From an uncultured Solirubrobacterales bacterium (GTDB lineage: Bacteria; Actinomycetota; Thermoleophilia; Solirubrobacterales; 70-9), in contig OY969912.1 of the NCBI GenBank assembly GCA_963704505.1, forward strand, positions 2,294,927-2,358,926: a DNA stretch of 64,000 bases, in the 5' to 3' direction. Position 1 is the first letter of the stretch; each line of letters begins with the position of its first letter. Under the pieces are notes generated by a model that was given only the letters and a program-made list of their open reading frames with translations, ran no database searches and was not told the DNA's origin. This document shows, one piece after another, positions 56,986-64,000 of this stretch. The translations under genes were made by a program, and so were the position numbers.

Positions 56986-57788
56986 CCGGACACCGCCGCC
57001 AGGCGGCCTGCGAGGACCGGGGCCAGCAGATCTGCAATCCGCCTGTGCCCCTCCTGATTCGGATGGAAATGATCGGCGCAGAAATCCGACCAAGGCCGGG
57101 GTGCATCCCAGATCTCGACGAAAGTGGCACCGGTTCGGTCGGCCACCGTTCGGGCGATGCTCGAGTACTCCCTCACCTGGACATCCGAGCCGGGGAAGAA
57201 TCGGGTGTCGACCGGTAGCGCGCCGATGACCACTACGCGCTCGGCGCCAAGGTTTTCGACCAAATCCGACAGCGACGCCGCGTAGTCATCCGGCCCTGTG
57301 TTCGGGACCGCCCCGAAGAGCCTCATCCAGAGCACCTTCACCCGCCAGCGGATGCCCGACTCGAGCCGCTGCACGAGACGCACCCGACGACGGGAGGAAA
57401 AGTAGGGACGGGGGTCGATCCAGCCGGGCTTCCGCCAGCGCCCCGGAAGCCAGCGAAGTGACGAGGCCGGTGGCCGCAGCAGCGCCTCGGTGGCGTTGTG
57501 GGCGATCACGATCAGGTCGCAGTCACGCGCCGCGTCCGCCCTGCCGGCCGATTCGCCGATTTGAGATGACGTGCCGGATAGATCGCGAAGGTCGACGCCG
57601 AGTCGCTCCGCGATCAGGATCGGGAAGGCACGGCCCCTCGCACCCATCCCCGCGGCAATCGAATCGCCGAAGACGGCGATTCGCGCCGGTTTCTCGCTTG
57701 TCGCCACCTTGAAGAACGTTCCGCCGCGACGGGGGCTTGCAGCCATGGATGCTCCGCCGACTCCACATAACACAGGGGCAAGCGCCAT
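56982..57788 (-). CDS. SGNH/GDSL hydrolase family protein (possible glycan O-acetylesterase or acyltransferase helper)
   Basis: Block I IAVFGDSIAAG and block V DHFHPNQEGH. The start may be the ATG at 57746. Confidence 0.85.
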   Translation of the reverse strand: MALAPVLCGVGGASMAASPRRGGTFFKVATSEKPARIAVFGDSIAAGMGARGRAFPILIAERLGVDLRDLSGTSSQIGESAGRADAARDCDLIVIAHNATEALLRPPASSLRWLPGRWRKPGWIDPRPYFSSRRRVRLVQRLESGIRWRVKVLWMRLFGAVPNTGPDDYAASLSDLVENLGAERVVVIGALPVDTRFFPGSDVQVREYSSIARTVADRTGATFVEIWDAPRPWSDFCADHFHPNQEGHRRIADLLAPVLAGRLAAVSG

Positions 57789-57862
57789 TTAAATCGTCCA
57801 AACGTCCGGATAGGCAGGTCCGGTCGCAAGGAGCCCCGGGCCGGACCCGATGAAGCGCTTCA

Positions 57863-60481
57863 ATGACTCTCGGCGCCAAACCATTTTCAAAGGCACCTCA
57901 CAGTGGCTTTCTCGCGGTAATACTGGCGATCTTCGTGGCCGGCGTCTTCTGCTCGTCTGCGGCCGCCGGCGGCGAGCCGGTGACCGTCACCAAGTACACC
58001 GATCCGTCGCAAGTGATCAAGGAGAACGCCAAGTCGAACTGGAAGCAGCCGTGGCGCTCATATATGGACACGGTGCCTGCGACGACCCTTCTCAAGGCCG
58101 TCGGGATCAACTTCAATGTCTATCCGCAGTACGCGGAGCAGACCTCGACGCTGCTCGAGCACAGTGGATTCACCCGCGCCCGGGTCGAGTTCGGCTGGAA
58201 CTCCCTGAGCTACGACAATCCGAGCCAGTTGACCGTGAGCGCAAAAACGGCGCTCGTCACGGACCTGACCGCGATGAAGGAACACGGGATCCGGCCACTG
58301 ATACTTCTCAACGCGAACAGCGGCGAACCCTGCCCGGTGAAGAAAGCGACGATCAGCCTGCTCGCGCCGGTCGAGGAAGGGGCCACCGAACTCCACATCA
58401 GTCCGAGCGACGTCGACGAGATCGTCCCGGGCAAGACGGGAATCAGAAGCGGCGGCACCTCGGCGAACTACCTCTTCTCCAGCGTCTCCCCCCAGGGGAC
58501 CGTGAAGCTCTCCGCCCCGCTCGGATCGCTCTGGCAGAACACCGCCCGAGGCGTCGTCAAGAGCCTCCCCGCCGGACCGCTCGAAATCGAAACTCTTCGA
58601 TACGAACCTTTCCACCCCGAAAAGCTGGCAAACGGGAGCCCCAACCCCGCGTTTGAGCCGACGATGCAGGGATGGCTCAACTACGTCGGCGTGATCACCC
58701 GCGAAGCCAAGGCCGTACTCGGGTCGGAAGCATTCGACGTCGAGGTCTGGAACGAGCTCAGCTTCGGTTCGCGCTTCCTCGAAGTCCGGGCCTACTACAG
58801 CCCGCCGGTCGAGGAAAACCGGTACTGGAACGAGGACGCGATCCTGGCTCGGACGATCAACTACCTCCGGGACCCCGCCCACGGCGTCGCTAACGTCGGA
58901 ATCGGCAACGGCTTCGCCAACCAGTCGCCTGGTTGGGGCCCCGAAGACTCCCCGGCCGGACTGACGGCGCAGGACAAGCATCCCTACGCCGGGTGGAGGC
59001 ACTTCCCGGCTGCCGAAAAGACCGATGGGCTCCGCCCGCTCGACGGCCAGGGTGCGGAATCCGGTACCCAGGCGAACAACTACACGGCCGGCTTCACCCC
59101 GACCTATGACTCCTTCTTCCCCGAGTATTTCCTCTCGGGGATCCTCAACCAGACACTGATCCGGGACCTGTCACCGACGCGGAATTGGTACGCCGGGTCC
59201 TGGCACGGCCGCGATGTCCCGACTCCGGGCGGCGGCGCCCTCCAGCACTGGACCACGGAGGTCAATCTGGATCCGAAAGCCGGCCCGGCAACCGGGATGA
59301 GCGCTGCGGACTCGCGCCACGTAGAGAGCAAGGAGATCCTTCGTTACCTCGTCTCCTTCGTCAACAAGGGCATGACGGCGATCGATTTCTATGCCGCTAC
59401 CGGTGGCGGCCTGGCATTGGTCGACAACGGCTTCTTCGAAGCCCTCAAGAAACACCCGTCTGCCTACCCCGGGGACGACGTGGGTGGAGAAACGATGACG
59501 GCGGTCGGCCGCCTCGCCGACGCGTTCTCCGGTGCGACAGCCGGCGTCGACAGGTCGCTGAGCCTGGATGCGCTGACGGATTTCAAGGGCAACGTCCAGT
59601 TCGAGGGCAACGGGACCGCGAAATACCCGCCCCTCTACAACCGAGACGTCTTTGCCTTCCTTCCCTTCCAGGTGACGGACAGTCGGTTCGTGATCCCGGT
59701 CTACGTCATGACCCGGAACGTCGTCAAGGAATACAAATCCGGAAGCGACCCGTCCCGCTTCGACCTACCCCCCGAACCGTACGAAATGACAATCGGCGGG
59801 ATCAACGGCGAAGGGGCCCACGTCGAAGCGTCCGATCCCCTGACCGGGGCGTCCGTCCCGGTGGAGGTCGTCTCCGGCTCCGCGAGCCAGATCGTCCTGA
59901 AAATGCCGGTGACGGACTCGCCGCGGACGCTGACGATTCAGGAAGCGGCCGGCGCCGAACCCCCAGAAGAACCGGAAGTGCCGGAAGAACCGGAAGAACC
60001 GGAACCCGAAGAACCGGAAGAAGAAAACCCCCTCGAAGAAGAAGCGGAAGAAAGTGAACTGCCTCCTCCTGGCGGAGGTAGGCCGACCGCGCCCGCGCCC
60101 ACAGTCCCGGTCGAGGTCAAGGCCTCGGCCGACGAGAACGGGCCGGGGGTCAGGTTGATTCTGCGCGGTGGCTCCGGGCTGCTCGAGAAGCACCGATTGA
60201 CCGCGATCGCCAGCTGCGATGAGTCCTGCTTCGTCCACTTCAGCGGCTACCTACAGATCGGCGGGCACACCTACAGGATGCGCGCACCGAAGCGGGGGCC
60301 CCAAGCCAGCTCGACGGGGGCAGCGGCCACGATCCAGCTGCGGATCAACTCCGGGGCGGTCAAGGCGGCGCGGGCCGCCCTCAAGCAGGACGACGAGATC
60401 GAAGCGATCGTCAGCGCCGCCGCGCGTGGCTCCACAGGCAAGCTCGCCGTGGCCAAGCGCGCCCTCGCGATCACTCGCTGA
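57863..60481 (+). CDS. Large secreted protein with a probable clan GH-A (TIM-barrel) glycoside-hydrolase-like domain, an acidic PE-repeat linker and a C-terminal beta domain
   Basis: Signal/anchor GFLAVILAIFVAGVFCSSAAAGG. The motif FDVEVWNELS is an NE(P/L)-type acid/base motif. The linker reads PPEEPEVPEEPEEPEPEEPEEENPLEEEAEE (about 59950-60060). Family assignment is tentative. Confidence 0.65.
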   Translation: MTLGAKPFSKAPHSGFLAVILAIFVAGVFCSSAAAGGEPVTVTKYTDPSQVIKENAKSNWKQPWRSYMDTVPATTLLKAVGINFNVYPQYAEQTSTLLEHSGFTRARVEFGWNSLSYDNPSQLTVSAKTALVTDLTAMKEHGIRPLILLNANSGEPCPVKKATISLLAPVEEGATELHISPSDVDEIVPGKTGIRSGGTSANYLFSSVSPQGTVKLSAPLGSLWQNTARGVVKSLPAGPLEIETLRYEPFHPEKLANGSPNPAFEPTMQGWLNYVGVITREAKAVLGSEAFDVEVWNELSFGSRFLEVRAYYSPPVEENRYWNEDAILARTINYLRDPAHGVANVGIGNGFANQSPGWGPEDSPAGLTAQDKHPYAGWRHFPAAEKTDGLRPLDGQGAESGTQANNYTAGFTPTYDSFFPEYFLSGILNQTLIRDLSPTRNWYAGSWHGRDVPTPGGGALQHWTTEVNLDPKAGPATGMSAADSRHVESKEILRYLVSFVNKGMTAIDFYAATGGGLALVDNGFFEALKKHPSAYPGDDVGGETMTAVGRLADAFSGATAGVDRSLSLDALTDFKGNVQFEGNGTAKYPPLYNRDVFAFLPFQVTDSRFVIPVYVMTRNVVKEYKSGSDPSRFDLPPEPYEMTIGGINGEGAHVEASDPLTGASVPVEVVSGSASQIVLKMPVTDSPRTLTIQEAAGAEPPEEPEVPEEPEEPEPEEPEEENPLEEEAEESELPPPGGGRPTAPAPTVPVEVKASADENGPGVRLILRGGSGLLEKHRLTAIASCDESCFVHFSGYLQIGGHTYRMRAPKRGPQASSTGAAATIQLRINSGAVKAARAALKQDDEIEAIVSAAARGSTGKLAVAKRALAITR

Positions 60482-60541
60482 TCGCACCAATTTCCTACTC
60501 GGCGACGAAAGCAAAAGTTTTTCGACCCGTTGCTTTCGTAA

Positions 60542-61354
60542 ATGGACTCCGACGGCAGACGGATCTATCACTTCCACGTGCGCAAGACCGCCGGCTCCAG
60601 CCTGAACGCGTCTTTCTGGCGGCTCGGCGGCCCGGAGGTCGAGGCAACGATGACGCAGGGCGACACATCGGCCGAAGGCAACGGGCTGAGGTTCACCGAC
60701 GAGCTCGAGCCGATGGCGGCCGGCAACTTCTTCTTCGCAAGCTCGCACCGCCCCTACGGCGAGGTGCGACTGCCGCCCGGGACCTTCAAGCTGACGATTC
60801 TTCGCGACCCGATCGCCCGCGTGAAGTCCTACTACCGCTACGTCCAGTGGGTCTGCACCGATCCCGATTCGCACATTTACGAACCCTTCGCCGACCGAGT
60901 CAAGCGGGAGAGTTGGTTCCTCGACGGGGGAGTCCACTACCTGCGGACACAACTCTCGCCGAGGCGCCTGCGAACCGAAGGTGAGATCAGGAACCTCGGC
61001 CCGGGACAGCTTGCGAGGAGGCTGACCCGCCTCAGGCACCGAGGGGCCTTCTCGGACCTGGTCCAGAGGCTCCCTCCGAGGCGCCTCTCGGCGCAGCTCT
61101 ACATGTTCTCGGAGAGCCTCGACCCGGTCGAGGCCTCAAATCGAATCCTCGATTGCGACGCGGTTCTCTTCACCGAAACCTTCCCAGCGGACCTGGCGAA
61201 GGTCGCCGACCGCCTAGACCTCAAGCTCGACGAGCGCCACGAGCGTCGCTTCGGCGATCCGGTCGAGCCGACCGAGCGTGACCTAATGACACTCCGCAAG
61301 CGCCTTTCTCGCGAGTACGAGATGATCGAAAGAGTCCGCGATCGGCTGGCTTGA
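60542..61354 (+). CDS. Sulfotransferase family protein (Sulfotransfer_2/3-like)
   Basis: 5'-PSB-like motif YHFHVRKTAGSSL and 3'-PB-like motif ILRDPIARVKSYYRY. Confidence 0.72.
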   Translation: MDSDGRRIYHFHVRKTAGSSLNASFWRLGGPEVEATMTQGDTSAEGNGLRFTDELEPMAAGNFFFASSHRPYGEVRLPPGTFKLTILRDPIARVKSYYRYVQWVCTDPDSHIYEPFADRVKRESWFLDGGVHYLRTQLSPRRLRTEGEIRNLGPGQLARRLTRLRHRGAFSDLVQRLPPRRLSAQLYMFSESLDPVEASNRILDCDAVLFTETFPADLAKVADRLDLKLDERHERRFGDPVEPTERDLMTLRKRLSREYEMIERVRDRLA

Positions 61355-61432
61355 CGGCCCGCTTCCGCTTGCAAGAACGACACCGCGCGGCCGTTGTCTT
61401 GGAGAGGTGCACAGCCCCCCGAGAACCCCAAG

Positions 61433-63250
61433 ATGACCACCGAACCCTCAGCCTCCGCCGCGAGCGAAACGAACGCCGAGTCGAACCGGGCAGATCTCCG
61501 GTTCCTGGTCGGCGGCCACACGGGGACCGTCGGCGCGATCGCCTTCAGCGCCGTCATCGCCGGCTTCGCCGAAGCCGCGGTGCTGGCGACAGTGGCGCAG
61601 GTAGCCGCCGCGCTGCTCTCCGGCGCGGACAGCATCCACATCGGCGTCGGGCCCCTTGACCTGACGGCAGGCATGAGTACCTTGATCTGGGCCTCCGCCG
61701 CTCTCGTGTTGGTCAGGCTGGCGCTTCTCGGCCTCAACCTCGTCCTCCAGGCCCAGCTCAGCGCGAAGGTCCAGGCCGAAATCCGCGACAGGCTCTTCGG
61801 CGCGTTCACCCACGCATCGTGGGGCGTGCAGTCCCGGGATGCCGAGGGTCATCTCCAGGAGATGCTGACCAGCCAGGCGCTGCAGGCGAGCTGGGGGACG
61901 ATCCAGGTCGGGGCGCTGATCAGCGCTGTCTTCACCTTCGTCGTGCTGCTCATCTCCGCCATGCTGCTGAACGTCATCGCCGCCGCTCTGGTCATCGTCG
62001 TCTCGGGCGTGATCTGGGCCCTGCTGAGACCGCTCAGCGCGCTCGGCCAACGACGCTCGAAAGAACTCTCTCAGGCCCAGATGAACTACGCCGGGGGTGT
62101 CGGGGAGGCCGTGCGCCTGGCGGAAGAGAGCCATGTGTTCGGCGTCACCTTCCGCCAACGGGAGGCGCTCGAAAGGCTGGTGAAGGCGACCGAGGGGCTG
62201 GTCTTCCGCTCGGGACTCGTCAACCGCTTTGCCCCGATGCTCTTCCAGAGCTTGATCTACCTGACCGTAGTGGCGGGCCTCGGGGCGCTCTACTGGACCG
62301 GCGCCGGTGCGGTCGCCTCGCTTGGCGCCGTCGTGCTGCTTCTGATCAGGGCAGGGACCTACGGGCAGCAGATCCAGGGTTGCTACCAGCTGATCCGCCA
62401 GGCGCTTCCATTCGTCGAGCGGCTTCGCGAGGCAACCGGACGCTACGAGGACAACCGGGTCGAGCCCGGCTCCGAGCATCTTCCCGCGATCAGCCGACTT
62501 GAATTCAAGGATGTCTCATACGCCTACCAGCCGGGCCAGCCGGTCCTACAGGGGATCGACTTCCATGTGGCCCACGGAGAGGTGGTCGGGATCATCGGTC
62601 CATCGGGAGCCGGCAAGTCGACGATGGTCCAGCTCCTGCTCCAACTGCGCACCCCCGACGACGGCGAGTACCGACTGAACGGAGTCCGGGCGGGCTCCTT
62701 CGCCCCGGAGGACTGGCACCGCGAGGTCGCCTACGTTCCGCAGGAGCCCCGCCTGCTCCACGCCTCCGTCGCCGACAACATCCGGTACTTCCGCGAGATC
62801 GACGACGCGACGATCGAAAAGGCGGCGAAGATGGCCCGGGTCCACGACGAGATCGTCGGCTGGGAGAACGGCTACGAGACGAAAGTCGGGCCTCGCGCGG
62901 ACTCCGTGTCGGGCGGCCAACAGCAACGCATCTGCCTAGCCCGCGCGCTCGCGTCCAATCCGACGCTGCTCGTCCTCGACGAGCCGACGAGCGCCCTCGA
63001 TCCACGCTCCGAGTCGCTGATTCAGGATTCGCTCCACGAGCTCGCCGGCGAGATCACCGTGTTCATCGTGACCCACCGGATGTCGACCCTGACGGTGTGC
63101 GACCGGGTGATGGTGGTCGCGAACCATCAGCTCGAGGGGTTCGGGACACCCGAGGAGTTGAAAGCCACGAACCCATACTTCCGCGCCGCCCTTGACTTCA
63201 GCACGGGGGCGCAGCCCTTCTCAGAAGCGCCCCTCAGCCCCCGGAACTGA
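61433..63250 (+). CDS. ABC exporter, fused permease/ATPase (MsbA-like)
   Basis: Six-TM domain, Walker A GPSGAGKST, signature VSGGQQQR and Walker B LLVLDEPTSALD. The start is taken at MTTEPSAS. Confidence 0.92.
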   Translation: MTTEPSASAASETNAESNRADLRFLVGGHTGTVGAIAFSAVIAGFAEAAVLATVAQVAAALLSGADSIHIGVGPLDLTAGMSTLIWASAALVLVRLALLGLNLVLQAQLSAKVQAEIRDRLFGAFTHASWGVQSRDAEGHLQEMLTSQALQASWGTIQVGALISAVFTFVVLLISAMLLNVIAAALVIVVSGVIWALLRPLSALGQRRSKELSQAQMNYAGGVGEAVRLAEESHVFGVTFRQREALERLVKATEGLVFRSGLVNRFAPMLFQSLIYLTVVAGLGALYWTGAGAVASLGAVVLLLIRAGTYGQQIQGCYQLIRQALPFVERLREATGRYEDNRVEPGSEHLPAISRLEFKDVSYAYQPGQPVLQGIDFHVAHGEVVGIIGPSGAGKSTMVQLLLQLRTPDDGEYRLNGVRAGSFAPEDWHREVAYVPQEPRLLHASVADNIRYFREIDDATIEKAAKMARVHDEIVGWENGYETKVGPRADSVSGGQQQRICLARALASNPTLLVLDEPTSALDPRSESLIQDSLHELAGEITVFIVTHRMSTLTVCDRVMVVANHQLEGFGTPEELKATNPYFRAALDFSTGAQPFSEAPLSPRN

Positions 63251-63256
63251 CCCCCG

Positions 63257-64000
63257 ATGGCAGCCCCCTCCCGCATCTTCGACTGCTTCACGTTCTACGA
63301 CGAGCTCGACCTGCTCGAACTTCGGCTCGAGGTCATGGCCCCCTACGTCGACGCGATCGTTCTCGTCGAGGCGGACAAGACGTTCAGCGGCCTGAGTAAG
63401 CCGCTCACGTTCGCGGAAAACCGGGGCCGCTTCTCAGAGTGGAGCGACAAGATCAGGCACATCGTCGTCAACGACCCGCCTCCGTCCAGCGGCGATCGCT
63501 GGGCTGCCGAGATCCATCAGCGCAACGCCATGGTCCGCGGGCTCGAGGACGCCCAGGATCGGGATGTCATCCTCGTCTCCGACGTCGACGAAATCGTTCA
63601 CCCGGAGGTGCTTCTCACCCTGCATGACGGCTGCCGGGGCCTCACCGCCCTGGAGATGCCGAGGACGTTCCGCTATGCCAACTGGCAGCTCGACATCGAT
63701 CCCTACGACAGGCTGGCCCGCGCGATTCCGTTCGGCCTCCTGTCCAGCCCCCACTACCAGCGCTGCCACGCAATGCCCGAACGGGTGATCAAAAACAGCG
63801 GCTGCCACTTCACCACCCTCGGCGACGCCAAGGCACTGCGAGCGAAGTTCGAAAGCTACGCGCACGACAACATGGACGATGAGCGCTACAAGTCAGGGAC
63901 CTACCTCGGACTGACGCACCGAATGGGGCTCGATGTGTTCTCGCGCCGCCTGATCAGCCCGCTCAGCGCTTCGCAGTTGAACTCGATCCAGCGCGAGTTC
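63257..64000 (+). CDS. Glycosyltransferase family 17-like (bisecting GlcNAc-transferase-type fold); partial, runs off the window end
   Basis: Not in the ORF track because no stop falls in the window. My translation from ATG 63257 is open for 248 codons: MAAPSRIFDCFTFYDELDLLELRLEVMAPYVDAIVLVEADKTFSGLSKPLTF...VSDVDEI. This matches the GT17 N-terminal pattern F.FFNELDLLE.RL...VD.FV.VE...TF.G..KPL. Confidence 0.78.
   Translation, partial: MAAPSRIFDCFTFYDELDLLELRLEVMAPYVDAIVLVEADKTFSGLSKPLTFAENRGRFSEWSDKIRHIVVNDPPPSSGDRWAAEIHQRNAMVRGLEDAQDRDVILVSDVDEIVHPEVLLTLHDGCRGLTALEMPRTFRYANWQLDIDPYDRLARAIPFGLLSSPHYQRCHAMPERVIKNSGCHFTTLGDAKALRAKFESYAHDNMDDERYKSGTYLGLTHRMGLDVFSRRLISPLSASQLNSIQREF

Noticed and set aside
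59941-60070. Possible CRISPR-like or other non-coding short repeats. The same question applies to 52901..53020.
   Set aside because: Both repeat tracts are in-frame coding repeats inside long ORFs (the PEEPE linker and the CxxxC-HHY units). They have no spacer/repeat architecture, and no cas genes are present in the window.
56044-63250. Lasso-peptide or other RiPP cluster, suggested by the NTP_transf_5 + sulfotransferase + ABC exporter combination
   Set aside because: I could find no asparagine-synthetase-like cyclase, no transglutaminase-like protease, no PqqD-like RRE and no short precursor ORF in the intergenic gaps. The neighbours are glycan enzymes (Wzy, GT17, GT32, GH-like, SGNH), so a glycan locus is the more economical reading.

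Overview
This is a gene-dense bacterial chromosome segment. It looks very GC-rich by eye: third codon positions are almost all G/C, though I did not compute GC. The housekeeping synteny is of actinobacterial type. On the minus strand it reads recA-thpR-cinA-rodZ-like-ftsK. Next come rnj-dapA-dapB-M16 peptidase-pnp-(dsbA-like, peroxiredoxin)-rpsO, then ribF-truB-nrnA-rbfA-infB-nusA-rimP and coaBC-rpoZ-gmk-mihF. A complete pyrD-pyrK-carB-carA-pyrC-pyrB-pyrR operon and rnz follow. The presence of mihF together with a class-1B PyrK/PyrD pair suggests a deep-branching Actinobacteria-like organism such as Thermoleophilia or Rubrobacteria. That is a guess I cannot verify without a database search. 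I support about 60 CDS, one tRNA-Arg(CCG), one SAM-I riboswitch and a few hairpin terminators or attenuators. I saw no rRNA, CRISPR array, transposase, integrase or phage genes. Many ORF-track entries are long antisense shadow ORFs typical of high-GC DNA, or N-terminally over-extended versions of real genes. I re-called starts using conserved N-termini and the very frequent 4-nt stop/start overlaps (GTGA, ATGA, TTGA).

The most interesting signals are these:
(1) A textbook SAM-I riboswitch with terminator (45840-46012, minus strand) lies hidden inside an over-extended ORF. It drives an operon of a Zn-ribbon ThrC-like PLP enzyme plus a GG-terminated MoaD/ThiS sulfur carrier, a candidate thiocarboxylate-dependent homocysteine/methionine route. 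That operon is translationally coupled onward into a sugar-1-phosphate cytidylyltransferase-like gene, an SDR epimerase/dehydratase and an SRAP/YedK gene.
(2) An envelope/glycan locus at about 50.6-64 kb holds a Wzy-TPR fusion coupled to a tiny His/Asn-rich LPXTG protein. It also holds an odd CxxxC-HHY repeat plus Lys/Glu coiled-coil protein, a sulfotransferase, GT17, GT32, SGNH hydrolase, a GH-like protein, NTP_transf_5 and an ABC exporter.
(3) NusA carries a 239-aa C-terminal extension (Cys3His motif plus polyacidic tail), next to a RimP reduced to its N-terminal domain.
(4) Redox genes are inserted and translationally coupled between rpsO and pnp.
(5) A small lower-GC islet next to tRNA-Arg carries an orphan type IV pilin and a tandem-domain secreted protein.
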